A DNA stretch of 64,000 bases from a virus. Made by a program: the position numbers and the translations under genes. The first letter of the stretch is position 1. Each line of letters starts with the position of its first letter. Below, piece by piece: positions 27,721 through 37,647 of this stretch. Location: positions 1 through 64,000 of IMG/VR virus record IMGVR_UViG_3300029787_004704; one strand, written 5' to 3'. The notes beneath the pieces were generated by a model. It was not told where the DNA came from. It did not search any database and was given only the letters and a program-made list of their open reading frames with translations.

Positions 27721-28638
27721 ATGCCAATCATTTCTAAGCATCCACAACATTATACTACATGGAGCCTGACTTCGCAAGTGTACAACACATTTTCATCAGA
27801 CACTGTTACAGTTATAGACACAATGTGGACAGAAAATAATGAACTAAAAAATCTAGTTCAAATTGCGTTGGATAATAATCATAAAGTGGTTATAATGAAT
27901 TGGATTGATGAATTACGTGGAGAATGGCGAGATCCTATATACGAAAACAAAGATGTGCTAGTGGTAAAACATTTATGGCCTTTCCTAAAAACTTGCGAAC
28001 AAAGTTTTCAAAAGGTAAAGTGGGCCGATGTCTATCCAAATAATTTTGATTACGACTTTATGTGCTACATGTTCAAAGTAAAACCATGGAGGACCGATTT
28101 GTATAATAGATTGAAAGGCAAAAAAGGATTGCTGTCTCTCATGCAAGAGAAAAATTTTACAGAGCAACTTGAATACACTTGGGGGAACACAAACACAGAA
28201 CCAAGCAGTGATGGAGCACCTACTGTGGTGGACATTTACTCATTTGGAGATATGAATTTGTGGCGATCACATTTTTTAAACATTGTGTCAGAAGGATTGC
28301 ATGGCATTTATTATCCTGTGTGGATTACTGAAAAAACATTGAAACCTATCATGGGTGCTAGACCATTCATAATATATGGACATCCTGAAACTGCAGACTG
28401 TCTTAAACAAATAGGCTTTGAAACATTTGATGAAGATTTTGATCACAGACCAGACCCAGACTATGAAAAACACAGTGTCGAGATAGCAAAGGTAGTTGAT
28501 AATTTAACAAATGAAAATTTGTCATTGTTTTATAAAAAACTTCTACCAAAAATTGAACACAATTTTTATAATTGGCAAGACTATGCTGTTAGAGAACATG
28601 ATAAAATGTTATCACGTGTACAGGAGTTTCTGTGTTAG
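27721..28638 (+). CDS. putative glycosyltransferase (GT10-like), paralogue 4
   Basis: FLNIVSEG...WITEKTLKPIMGARPF...GFETFDEDF. Confidence 0.55.
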   Translation: MPIISKHPQHYTTWSLTSQVYNTFSSDTVTVIDTMWTENNELKNLVQIALDNNHKVVIMNWIDELRGEWRDPIYENKDVLVVKHLWPFLKTCEQSFQKVKWADVYPNNFDYDFMCYMFKVKPWRTDLYNRLKGKKGLLSLMQEKNFTEQLEYTWGNTNTEPSSDGAPTVVDIYSFGDMNLWRSHFLNIVSEGLHGIYYPVWITEKTLKPIMGARPFIIYGHPETADCLKQIGFETFDEDFDHRPDPDYEKHSVEIAKVVDNLTNENLSLFYKKLLPKIEHNFYNWQDYAVREHDKMLSRVQEFLC

Positions 28639-29615
28639 CAATATCCAAATATCCTAGTCATTGGGCCTCTTATCCTATGGTAAAACAGGTGTATGATGAC
28701 ATTGTAGATGATAAGACTCTACTGGTGGACACCACCTGGACTCAAAACCCTGCAGAAGTGCAAGACAACATTGAACGATGGTTAAACAATAAGCATCACA
28801 AAGTAGTCATTATGAATTGGTGGGATGATTTCGGGGGATATGCAGATTACGTTGCAAAATACAAAGACAATGATCGTGTGTTAGTGTCAGACTATAAAGC
28901 AAGTTGGTTGAATATTTGTGACACCAAATTTGTTCAGTACACATGGGAAGAAGTGCAACCAAAATCATTTGAACATTTGTTTTTGTGCTATCAAGGGAAA
29001 TGGAGGCACAATCGCGATGCTATGTACACAATGTTGACCGAATGGAACAGTGAACGAGCAAAGGCAGGAATTGTTACACTACAAGGAATAAATTCTTTGC
29101 AAGACAATATTCCACTACATGAAGGTGATGCAAGTATTGATAACAATCCTGATGTGCAAGATAAAAATTATTATCCAAATGACATTTATTCTTTAGGCGA
29201 CATCAATATATGGAACAATCATTTTTTAAATATTGTGACTGAAACTTTAGATGAACCAAGTGGACTTACTTGGATTACAGAAAAAACTTTGAAGCCAATA
29301 ATTGGTTCTCGACCTTTTGTGTTGTATGGCGATAAAAAAATATATGACTTACTTGAATCGTTTGGATTAGAACACTTTCAACAAGAATTAAATTTTCCTG
29401 ATGTGGAAATTTTAGAACCAGGATTTCCATCTTATCATTGGCAAACAATGGCAATAAGAAAAGGACTGAAACAGTTGTTACAAGTTGATTTACAAAATTT
29501 ATATCAACAGTGCTTGCCTAAGTTAAAACACAACTTTTATGCATGGCGTAAAGTTGCCCAAAATCAATATTCTACCATGATAGAAGGTGTCTCGGAATTT
29601 AAAAGCCGTTCATAG
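28632..29615 (+). CDS. putative glycosyltransferase (GT10-like), paralogue 5, tandem duplicate of paralogue 4
   Basis: DIYSLGD.N.W..HFLNIVTET...WITEKTLKPIIG.RPF. Confidence 0.55.
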   Translation: MLAISKYPSHWASYPMVKQVYDDIVDDKTLLVDTTWTQNPAEVQDNIERWLNNKHHKVVIMNWWDDFGGYADYVAKYKDNDRVLVSDYKASWLNICDTKFVQYTWEEVQPKSFEHLFLCYQGKWRHNRDAMYTMLTEWNSERAKAGIVTLQGINSLQDNIPLHEGDASIDNNPDVQDKNYYPNDIYSLGDINIWNNHFLNIVTETLDEPSGLTWITEKTLKPIIGSRPFVLYGDKKIYDLLESFGLEHFQQELNFPDVEILEPGFPSYHWQTMAIRKGLKQLLQVDLQNLYQQCLPKLKHNFYAWRKVAQNQYSTMIEGVSEFKSRS

Positions 29616-30175
29616 ATTTCATAATCTTTTTCATATTTGTTTCTACACCATCCTGACATCCATAATGGTTTGCGTGTGTAGGCAGTGTCTCCTTGCCATA
29701 TCGCAACTACAGGTGGTGGGTAATTAGCAGACACATTCAATCTTGGAAGACTATCAAACTGTATGCCTGTCGCATCAAGCATCATCGATTCGATTGCTTC
29801 ATAAGGATAAACAATTAATGTTTCGTTGTCTGGCACTATATCTACGCATGTTTCATATTGCGATATGGCATGATCCAAATACAACATTGATTCTGGATTA
29901 TTAGACCATTGATTCATTTTATCGTCCAATGCCGCATGTGCCCTATGCAAATTAACATCGTATACTTGGCACAGTTCACGTTGCAGAACACTGATCAATC
30001 TTTCATATGGATTTCGCCAAACTGTATAATATGCAAAATTGCCTTTTGGATATCTATCTTTAGTAATTTCAAATCCATTTTTTTGCAACACAAATTCTAA
30101 CATAGATGATGCGTTTCGCATGATAGGAATCACAGCAATTTTTGTTTGGTTATTAATTAGATAAGATTGAGTCAT
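29564..30175 (-). CDS. sulfotransferase (Sulfotransfer_2-like)
   Basis: IPIMRNASS (5'-PSB-like), RNPYERLIS (3'-PB), Y..DY..Y. Confidence 0.7.
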   Translation of the reverse strand: MTQSYLINNQTKIAVIPIMRNASSMLEFVLQKNGFEITKDRYPKGNFAYYTVWRNPYERLISVLQRELCQVYDVNLHRAHAALDDKMNQWSNNPESMLYLDHAISQYETCVDIVPDNETLIVYPYEAIESMMLDATGIQFDSLPRLNVSANYPPPVVAIWQGDTAYTRKPLWMSGWCRNKYEKDYEIYERLLNSETPSIMVEY

Positions 30176-30983
30176 CTTTTACAAATCGATCAAGATTTTT
30201 TAGTTTTGCAACTAAATCATGAAAGTCTCCCAGATGTAATGCATTCGGACCATCTGAAGGTGCATTGTTTGGATCATCGTGTACTTCTAAAAATACTCCA
30301 GCAATAGATTGAGCCACAGCACTCATACACAAAGGTTCAACCATAGTTCTGTCACCGCCTGATGATTGTCCTTGCCCACCAGGATGTTGAACAGAATGGG
30401 TTGCATCAAATATGATTGGAGTATCATTTCTTTTATGGTGTTCAAAGCCACGCATGTCCACAATTAAGTTTCCGTATCCAAAAGATGTGCCTCTTTCAAT
30501 AATCACACTTTGGGTGTTGCCTGCCTCAACAACTTTCCTACAAATATTATTTGTGTCTGTATAAGAAAGAAATTGTCCTTTTTTCACTGTAACAATTTTT
30601 CCTGTGTTTGCGGCCGCAACAATCAAATCTGTTTGCCTACACAAGAAAGCAGGAATTTGTAATACATCTACAACTTCAGCAACAGGTTGTGCTTGATCTG
30701 GCAAATGAATATCTGTTGTCACTGAGACGTCTAATTCTTTTTTTATTGTTTGTAATATTCTTAATCCTTCATCCATGCCTATTCCACGTTTACCACTCAT
30801 TGATGATCTGTTGGCTTTGTCGAAACTTGCTTTGAACAACAATGGCACAGACAGTTTGTCGCAGGCTTCTTTTACATGTTCAGCAATCATGATAGCATGA
30901 TCACGTGATTCAATTTGGCACGGACCTGATATAATCATCAGTGGTGTGTCGTTGTAAAAATTTTCGTAATTAATTGCGGCCAT
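30153..30983 (-). CDS. kdsA: KDO8P synthase (2-dehydro-3-deoxyphosphooctonate aldolase)
   Basis: GPCQIES, KASFDKANRSS, QIPAFLCRQTDL, DATHSVQ.PGG, SDGPN. Confidence 0.96.
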   Translation of the reverse strand: MAAINYENFYNDTPLMIISGPCQIESRDHAIMIAEHVKEACDKLSVPLLFKASFDKANRSSMSGKRGIGMDEGLRILQTIKKELDVSVTTDIHLPDQAQPVAEVVDVLQIPAFLCRQTDLIVAAANTGKIVTVKKGQFLSYTDTNNICRKVVEAGNTQSVIIERGTSFGYGNLIVDMRGFEHHKRNDTPIIFDATHSVQHPGGQGQSSGGDRTMVEPLCMSAVAQSIAGVFLEVHDDPNNAPSDGPNALHLGDFHDLVAKLKNLDRFVKDDSILSN

Positions 30984-31488
30984 TCCAAAATAATTTGTTC
31001 AAGTGTACAGAGTCATTGTTTCTGTTGATGTCTTTGATAAAGTAAGCACACTGTGGTTCTGGTTCTAAGTCTAATGGCACAGCAATCATTTGATTGTTTC
31101 TAACTCTAGGAAAGAACCATTCTACTTCGTTGTAAATGTTTGTGATTTGCACATCATGATATTTTGGTAATAGTCCATTGATGGGATTGAAACAAAATGC
31201 TTGAAATGATCGGTCGTTCAATGATGTCAGTGGCACAATTTCTAGTTCACCCACTTCAGAGTCACCTAACAGTATGTGCCAGTCTAACGGCATCTGTATG
31301 AGACTGTTTGCAATTTTTAATGTGACTGATGGTGAAGAAAATGATTCTAAATAAATCAAAGGCATAAAGAAAAAATCTGGTTCGTTAGGATCTGAATTAT
31401 CCAACACAGAAAATCTTAAATCCTCATCTACTTGATCTGGAATCTTATTGAGTACAAAGCATTCATTGTCTACTGTTAGTATTTGCAT
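30970..31488 (-). CDS. phage hypothetical protein downstream of uvsW
   Basis: 172-aa beta-rich ORF with TATAAT 8 nt before ATG. Confidence 0.65.
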   Translation of the reverse strand: MQILTVDNECFVLNKIPDQVDEDLRFSVLDNSDPNEPDFFFMPLIYLESFSSPSVTLKIANSLIQMPLDWHILLGDSEVGELEIVPLTSLNDRSFQAFCFNPINGLLPKYHDVQITNIYNEVEWFFPRVRNNQMIAVPLDLEPEPQCAYFIKDINRNNDSVHLNKLFWNGRN

Positions 31489-31506
31489 ATATTACTATTA
31501 TATGCT

Positions 31507-32964
31507 TTATGGTTGTTGGTAGTCAACCTTTGTGATATTAAATGGATATTGTGCTTCGCGATAAAACTTTTTGCGTTCTGTCAAATGTCTTTTAGAAAAT
31601 TTTGCTGTTGAACAAATATCCCAAACTTGTACAAAGTCTTTGTCTTTGGCTTTACGTATTCCTCTACCAATTGATTGTATAACTCTCACAAAAGATTTAC
31701 CTGGCTCTAGCAATACAAGATTGAATATACGTGGCAAATTTATTCCTACAGATGCAACACCATAAGTGGCAATTATAACTTTGCCTTCACTTTCTTTTAC
31801 TTCATCATATGTTTCTTTTCGGTCATCGGCCTTGGTTGCACCACTTACAAATGTTGAGTCTGGGATTGCTTCTTGCAATAATTCGCCAGTCTTTATGCGG
31901 TCAATCAAAACAAGTGTGTTGCCACTTTTTGCCATTTGTTCTACAAGTTTGCCTATATAATCTATCCTGTGTTGTTTAGTAACAAGATGTGTTTGTTCTT
32001 CCCTGTAATTTTTATATTCAACAAAGTCTACCATTTGCATAATTTCAATATTTAGATTTGCTAGTAGACCTTTGTCTTGTAATTCTTTTGCACTTACTTT
32101 GTTAATCACATCACCTAGTGATACGTGCAAAGATTTAAATTCATAATCTTTTTTTGGTATAGTGCCAGTAAGTCCCCAACGTATAGGAACAAATCCAAAC
32201 ACGTTGCTCAGCAGTCTTCTCAAAACATCGGCTTTGGCCATGTGTACTTCATCTACTATCACACACACTAAGTCACGTTTAAATTCTTCAATTAAATTGT
32301 CTTCAGCATTTAATCTTTTCTTTTCTAGTATGTTAAGTGATTGCCACGTAGCAATAGTGTGTGTATGTCCAACTTGTTTTCGATCGCCAAAGTATACGCC
32401 AACGTCAAGTCCCATGTTAATATAATCTTCTTCAGTTTGTGTAACCAAAGATTTGTTTGGCACAATAATGATGCTTCTACCATATGGCTCAATCAGTTTA
32501 CTCAGAGCCGCAGTAATAATAGTTTTACCTGCCGCAGTTGCAACCTCCTGTAAACATTGTGGATTGTTTACAAAGTTGTTAATCACTTCAACTTGATGAT
32601 CTCGTAATTCTATAGGTTCACCTGCGTTGTTGTGGCCAGTTGGCCACTTAACATGTTTGAATGTGTCAGTATTCACGGGGTCGAACTTGAGATCATAATG
32701 TTGACGTTCATCTTGTAGATCAAATGTGTAATTCATTTGTTCTAGTATAGGCATTATGTCATTCAATAAATTTACATATGTTAGTCCGCCCTGTGTAAAA
32801 AATGACACAGTGCCATCCCATCTGCCTAGTCTGACAGCCGGCATATACCTTGCTCCAGGTATCTCATATTTGAATGTGTTGGTAAGTTTACGTCTAGTGA
32901 CTAGATCTAGTCCCTCTAGTTTAACATTTACTTCATCTTTTATGACTATATTACAGTGAGGCAT
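31507..32964 (-). CDS. uvsW: UvsW-like SF2 DNA helicase
   Basis: LRDHQ, ATAAGKT, VDEVH, GLTGT, QSIGRGIR. Confidence 0.92.
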   Translation of the reverse strand: MPHCNIVIKDEVNVKLEGLDLVTRRKLTNTFKYEIPGARYMPAVRLGRWDGTVSFFTQGGLTYVNLLNDIMPILEQMNYTFDLQDERQHYDLKFDPVNTDTFKHVKWPTGHNNAGEPIELRDHQVEVINNFVNNPQCLQEVATAAGKTIITAALSKLIEPYGRSIIIVPNKSLVTQTEEDYINMGLDVGVYFGDRKQVGHTHTIATWQSLNILEKKRLNAEDNLIEEFKRDLVCVIVDEVHMAKADVLRRLLSNVFGFVPIRWGLTGTIPKKDYEFKSLHVSLGDVINKVSAKELQDKGLLANLNIEIMQMVDFVEYKNYREEQTHLVTKQHRIDYIGKLVEQMAKSGNTLVLIDRIKTGELLQEAIPDSTFVSGATKADDRKETYDEVKESEGKVIIATYGVASVGINLPRIFNLVLLEPGKSFVRVIQSIGRGIRKAKDKDFVQVWDICSTAKFSKRHLTERKKFYREAQYPFNITKVDYQQP

Positions 32965-32970
32965 CCGTTT

Positions 32971-32999
32971 ATTATAATTGGAAACCTGTGTTCAGTCAA
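32971..32999 (-). promoter_or_regulatory. sigma70-type promoter; leaderless uvsW transcript predicted
   Basis: TTGACT-17-TATAAT, 6 nt before ATG. Confidence 0.75.
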
Positions 33000-33148
33000 C
33001 GATAGTTGCTTAAATGTTTTCGTACCAGTGACTCGCGAACATTGGTCCAAAACCGTGTTTGCCATTCGGTCTTTGCGGTCAGGACCATCTGTTCTGCGTT
33101 TGATATCCGTAGGTCGGATAATTTAAACTGCGATAGCAATTTCTTCAT
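32996..33148 (-). CDS. small phage protein (50 aa, not in ORF track)
   Basis: MKKLLSQFKLSDLRISNAEQMVLTAKTEWQTRFWTNVRESLVRKHLSNYR; overlaps upstream gene end. Confidence 0.5.
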   Translation of the reverse strand: MKKLLSQFKLSDLRISNAEQMVLTAKTEWQTRFWTNVRESLVRKHLSNYR

Positions 33149-33458
33149 TCACTTGCTCTTGAGCAACTACTTCTGCTTGTGCTTGTACATCAGCAGTGAT
33201 TTGGTTAGTAGTCTTTGTTGCAATACCTGTGAATCTTGTCACAGTGCCGTCTACTAATACTTTGAATGAACCAGCAGTTTTCCAAGTTACTGAAGCATCT
33301 TCGTCTGTATGCATTTTCTTTACTACACCGTTGATTGTGCCTTCAGCAGTTGTTTTTCCTGTAATGAATTTAAATGAACCTGAACGACCGTTATAAGTTG
33401 TTCCTTCGGTACATATAGTTTCTTGTATTTTATCTAATACTAATTGTGCGTTTGTCAT
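33123..33458 (-). CDS. hypothetical early protein
   Basis: AAAGGT RBS and upstream sigma70 promoter. Confidence 0.7.
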   Translation of the reverse strand: MTNAQLVLDKIQETICTEGTTYNGRSGSFKFITGKTTAEGTINGVVKKMHTDEDASVTWKTAGSFKVLVDGTVTRFTGIATKTTNQITADVQAQAEVVAQEQVNEEIAIAV

Positions 33459-33494
33459 TTGTTGTTACCTTTATAGTTGGTTATTAATAATACT

Positions 33495-33523
33495 ATTATA
33501 TGGTATTTTTCCAAATGCGTCAA
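33495..33523 (-). promoter_or_regulatory. sigma70-type promoter
   Basis: TTGACG-17-TATAAT. Confidence 0.7.
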
Positions 33524-33542
33524 CCAGTTGTAAGTGCTTGAT

Positions 33543-34088
33543 TTAATTAAGAAAATCCATACCCACATACAAAGATAATCTGTTGTGAGCAGATGAATTA
33601 GGTTTTACTCCGTGCAATTGAGACTTATTATTTTGCATCAAATACCCTGTGTTAAAGTTGTAGTCAAAATTATATCTTTCAGATCCGTCCATTTGATAAA
33701 ATGTTGTACCGGATTGTCCTTGGTTTTGGCCAAGATATATTTGAAGAGCAACATCTGGTCTAGGATTCTCATCACCATCGATGTGTTCTTTCATATGGAA
33801 GCCAGGCTGGTCATACCATATACGTGGAACATGTAATAATGTGTCACGTTCGAAAAACTTAGTGAAGTATGTTTCGATATATGCTCCATTTAGATATTCA
33901 GCCATTCTATAGAACGAATGCGAAGAAGGACAAGTATTTGCATCTATTACTCCACGTGGAAAATTTTCTTGTTGTCCTTGCACTTGCCAATCAATGTTAT
34001 CAATTGATAGATCAAGTAATAATTCTTGTGTGAACATTTCTTCGACTAAGAATAAATCTCCAGCAGAATCAACGGCTGTAATTTTCAT
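33543..34088 (-). CDS. 2OG-Fe(II) oxygenase
   Basis: EHID, QIYL, GTTFY, NTGY...HGV...RLSLY. Confidence 0.7.
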   Translation of the reverse strand: MKITAVDSAGDLFLVEEMFTQELLLDLSIDNIDWQVQGQQENFPRGVIDANTCPSSHSFYRMAEYLNGAYIETYFTKFFERDTLLHVPRIWYDQPGFHMKEHIDGDENPRPDVALQIYLGQNQGQSGTTFYQMDGSERYNFDYNFNTGYLMQNNKSQLHGVKPNSSAHNRLSLYVGMDFLN

Positions 34089-34089
34089 T

Positions 34090-34452
34090 TTATTTTTTTG
34101 ATTTGGTGGGTTTTCCAATATTTGTTTTAAGGAAGTCTAAAAACCACGGATTGTCTTTGAACACTCCGATTAACCAATTGGAAATAGAGTTGGTTGTTTG
34201 TTCTTCTGCCTCGTCATCCTTAAGGGGTCCACCTGGTTGATTTAAAGATGAATGATACACAATGGCATGCATAACTTCGTGTAACAAAGTATTAGCAAGA
34301 TCATCACCTGCAATTTCTTCTTGCAGTTCTATCTTGTTTTCTCTATTCAAATATTGACCGTAACAATCTGTGTTGTCTTTTTTGAATGAGGCTTTAACAT
34401 ATTCTATATTGATGTCTTTCCAGCCTACTTTTATGTTTGTTGGTTTGCTCAT
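34090..34452 (-). CDS. HEXXH metallopeptidase-like protein
   Basis: TLLHEVMHA, EE..T, DNP. Confidence 0.7.
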   Translation of the reverse strand: MSKPTNIKVGWKDINIEYVKASFKKDNTDCYGQYLNRENKIELQEEIAGDDLANTLLHEVMHAIVYHSSLNQPGGPLKDDEAEEQTTNSISNWLIGVFKDNPWFLDFLKTNIGKPTKSKK

Positions 34453-34505
34453 ATTATATGTGTATTTAATTAATTGTAACTTATTGCCCTCACATTGTCA
34501 AGACA

Positions 34506-35486
34506 CTAATCTTCACGGTGTAATGGTAGTGTAATACAGGTCAACCCAGATCCAAAGAAATGACTATGCTCAAAATTTACAAATTCTATATCAAAATTGT
34601 GCTGTTCTAAATTTTTAATGAAGTTTTTTTGTAGTTTTTTTGATGTGTCTGTCATTAAAATTGTAGACTGATCTATGCTTAAACTATTCACTGCTAATAC
34701 AGAATTTTCTTGATCGTCGTCTTGCAATCTACTGTCTATAAATTCTGTTGGTTGTGTAACATGATCAACCTGAACGAATGTCCAATTGGTAAAATAATCA
34801 GGAAAATCTTCTTTGGCATGAAACGTTGCAATTACTCCAGGCCGTAATATATTGAAATGACAGTCAAGGTGGCCTGCAAATTTTGTAGGATTCATTTCGA
34901 TAAATTTTTTATCTGGTAAAATATTTTTCATCCATTCATAACCTAAGTCGTTACTGGCTCCTACCATACTTACAAAAACATGATCATCATGAATGTACAA
35001 ACAAGGACCATCGATGATAGGATCTAAATTTGGTATATCTTGATCCATAAGATCTATTTCATTCACATCATGCAAAGGCATAGGCATAGTCAGCCAACTG
35101 TTGCCTTCTGCTAGTGCAGAACGCATAACATCTCTCCAGTACATGCCAGTAAAAGAAGCTTCCTTGGTCCAACTTGCTGTTTCTATAATTGTGTTGTTTA
35201 CAACAAAAAAATTGTCTGCAGGATTTAGAGGAATTCGATGTCCTATGGTATCAAAATATGGTGTCACAAGTTTTTTATCACAGTTTAAACTTTTTGGACG
35301 AAATATTTTTACACCTAAAGTTTCTAATTTATTTTGAATTTTATTAAGATCAACTTCTGCACGTTCAAGCATTACTTGTAGTTTTGTTTTTTTATATTCG
35401 TCCATTTGAGATAAGACACTGAAATCAACATTGCCTAACATACAACTTTTAAGTTTTTCGTAATGATTATGTATTTTAATTTTCAT
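34506..35486 (-). CDS. amidinotransferase (pentein) family protein
   Basis: GVKIFRP, HLDCHF..LRPG, C-terminal GSGLTCITLPLHRED. Confidence 0.8.
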   Translation of the reverse strand: MKIKIHNHYEKLKSCMLGNVDFSVLSQMDEYKKTKLQVMLERAEVDLNKIQNKLETLGVKIFRPKSLNCDKKLVTPYFDTIGHRIPLNPADNFFVVNNTIIETASWTKEASFTGMYWRDVMRSALAEGNSWLTMPMPLHDVNEIDLMDQDIPNLDPIIDGPCLYIHDDHVFVSMVGASNDLGYEWMKNILPDKKFIEMNPTKFAGHLDCHFNILRPGVIATFHAKEDFPDYFTNWTFVQVDHVTQPTEFIDSRLQDDDQENSVLAVNSLSIDQSTILMTDTSKKLQKNFIKNLEQHNFDIEFVNFEHSHFFGSGLTCITLPLHRED

Positions 35487-36030
35487 TTTTAGACCATTGA
35501 TATTTTATTTTGTCTTTGTCTTCAAATATGAAGGGAGTCTTAAGCCAAGCAATTCTTTCTTGTTCTGCTTCTTGACACAAATATTGTTTAGATTTGTCAG
35601 CACCACTAAAATATTCATATATGATCTGACCAAACCAGCCAAAGTGTGCATTGTTGTTCACGTGTATAACTTCTTGGTATTTTGTTTGTTCTGTTTGTGA
35701 TAAAGTTTGCCACCAATCTTGATTTATTTTTGGATCATAATAATTGTGCAATATATCTAGTTTGTATCCTTGTACTTCTATGCTGTTTATTTTTAGATAT
35801 CTGTGTTCACTTTCTTTGCCTCCATTATAATCTATACAAATAACATTCTTGCCACCATCAGGTACAGCATGTTCAAAACGCACCACTTCATTTGTTTTGT
35901 CTCCCGGTGAATATTCTTTTTGATGTACTGTGGTGTTGTTGAATTTTATAGTAATGGATGTGGGAGAAACATCATGGAAAATATCAAAATCAATTTTGTG
36001 ATTGTATATTAATTGGAAATTGCTGTGCAT
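35476..36030 (-). CDS. hypothetical beta-sandwich protein
   Basis: in operon, overlapping both neighbours. Confidence 0.6.
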   Translation of the reverse strand: MHSNFQLIYNHKIDFDIFHDVSPTSITIKFNNTTVHQKEYSPGDKTNEVVRFEHAVPDGGKNVICIDYNGGKESEHRYLKINSIEVQGYKLDILHNYYDPKINQDWWQTLSQTEQTKYQEVIHVNNNAHFGWFGQIIYEYFSGADKSKQYLCQEAEQERIAWLKTPFIFEDKDKIKYQWSKNEN

Positions 36031-36689
36031 TTGTTGTTAAGTTGTTCATAAGTCATCGTAGAAACATTGTCTAAATTTAAGATGTCACTAGGAATATTAC
36101 CTTCTACAAAAGTCCATTGTGTGTTTGGATTATCTTTGATAAATTTTGTAATTTGTCTACCCCATACTGTTTGGTGCACTATTGTTTCCGCACTGTCATA
36201 AGCATTGGTTCCAGTATACACATTTAAATTTGGACCATCTTCTGCACAATCAAAACCTAAACAGATCAAATTTGTATGTCCATCATGTATTGCAATATGC
36301 ATGGCGGTGGTGCCTGCTCCCATATGTGGATTCTCAGGTATCAAATGGCTACTACCTCCCAGTCTAGTCATATTGAAATGGTTGGTGTATACAATATTTT
36401 TTTCTAAGTATTCTGAATCTTTTATTTCTGTATACATTCTTCGGTCGACAACAATTAAAAAATCAGGTTCATAATCTCTGTGCAAAGCATTACAACCATA
36501 AGAGTCTTGCGGTAATTTGTATAGGTCAAATCCAATTCTTGATGGGCCGTTGCCTATGATGTAAGCATCTTTACCTGCAGGATCGTTGTTTACAGTTCGT
36601 GGCATGTATACACGCTCTTCAGTTTTCTTCCCACCCTTGATTATGATTTTGGCGATTATCTCTTCACCTTTGTATTCACTAAGTGCCAT
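36009..36689 (-). CDS. Maf/DUF115-like (sialyltransferase-like fold) putative glycosyltransferase
   Basis: IIGNGPSR, YGCNAL.RD..PD..I.VD, GAG..A, LGFD, NVY.GT..Y. Confidence 0.65.
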   Translation of the reverse strand: MALSEYKGEEIIAKIIIKGGKKTEERVYMPRTVNNDPAGKDAYIIGNGPSRIGFDLYKLPQDSYGCNALHRDYEPDFLIVVDRRMYTEIKDSEYLEKNIVYTNHFNMTRLGGSSHLIPENPHMGAGTTAMHIAIHDGHTNLICLGFDCAEDGPNLNVYTGTNAYDSAETIVHQTVWGRQITKFIKDNPNTQWTFVEGNIPSDILNLDNVSTMTYEQLNNKCTAISN

Positions 36690-37183
36690 TATAAATTTTT
36701 TAAAATATTTTCCGCTGTTGATTGGTCTATGTCTTTTTCGTCCACAAACATTGTTGTTACTTGGCCATCTTCAATTATTGCCGCAAAACGTTTACAACGA
36801 TTTCCCAGTACACCCATGTCTGTTGCTAATCCCATTTGTTCAGCAACTTCGCCAAATGGATCAGCGGCCATTGTTATCTCTGAGCCTTCATGATTCATAT
36901 AATCATCAAATGCAATCATCACATATGGATCATTCATACTCATACAGATAACTTCCTGTATTCCTTTTTTGTACAATGCTCTTTCATGCTTGATAAAACC
37001 AGGCATATGTTTTTCTGTACAACCTGGTGTAAATGCTCCGGGAATTCCAACCAGCACAACTTTGCGATCACCTATGTATTGATCTAGGTTGTGACCTTCA
37101 AATGGAGGGCCTTCTTCGTCGTGTGTTGGTATGAATACTTCTCCTGTTGGCATACCATAACTGTGAAATTCAAATAATGACAT
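36689..37183 (-). CDS. second peroxiredoxin (Prx5 family)
   Basis: GIPGAFTPGCTEKHMPGF, NDPYV, RCKRFA. Confidence 0.88.
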   Translation of the reverse strand: MSLFEFHSYGMPTGEVFIPTHDEEGPPFEGHNLDQYIGDRKVVLVGIPGAFTPGCTEKHMPGFIKHERALYKKGIQEVICMSMNDPYVMIAFDDYMNHEGSEITMAADPFGEVAEQMGLATDMGVLGNRCKRFAAIIEDGQVTTMFVDEKDIDQSTAENILKNL

Positions 37184-37191
37184 ATACTAAT

Positions 37192-37647
37192 TTATCCTTT
37201 CTGTCTTAACCTGATGTATCTTTTCTTGGTAACAGATTCCCACTTACCAGCTCTGGTTAATTGTTCTTTGATTATTTTTGGCACTACTTTGCCTACATCT
37301 TTGATGTGTGCATTGCCTTTGAAATTGTCCCTTACATATTTCATCAATGTATTTTTTGTGTATGTGCTATTGTTTGTTATGACTTCGTCCATTATCTTTT
37401 TTACTTGCGACAAAGTTTCATACTTGTCTCCTTTACCGTCATTCTTTCTTGCTCTAGCAAATCCTATCCAAGATGGTCTGCCTTCTTGTTCTGCTTTTAG
37501 TTGACTGATTAACAAACGTTTCACAAATAATTTTCCATCTTTGACTGCTTGTTCGTGCGTAGGAATGTCTCTATAATTGTTCCATTCTTCTGTTGTAAAT
37601 TCTGTGTCAGGTTCATCAACCCTTATATAGATATCATCTTCACTCAT
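37192..37647 (-). CDS. hypothetical basic protein
   Basis: coupled within the glycan operon. Confidence 0.6.
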   Translation of the reverse strand: MSEDDIYIRVDEPDTEFTTEEWNNYRDIPTHEQAVKDGKLFVKRLLISQLKAEQEGRPSWIGFARARKNDGKGDKYETLSQVKKIMDEVITNNSTYTKNTLMKYVRDNFKGNAHIKDVGKVVPKIIKEQLTRAGKWESVTKKRYIRLRQKG

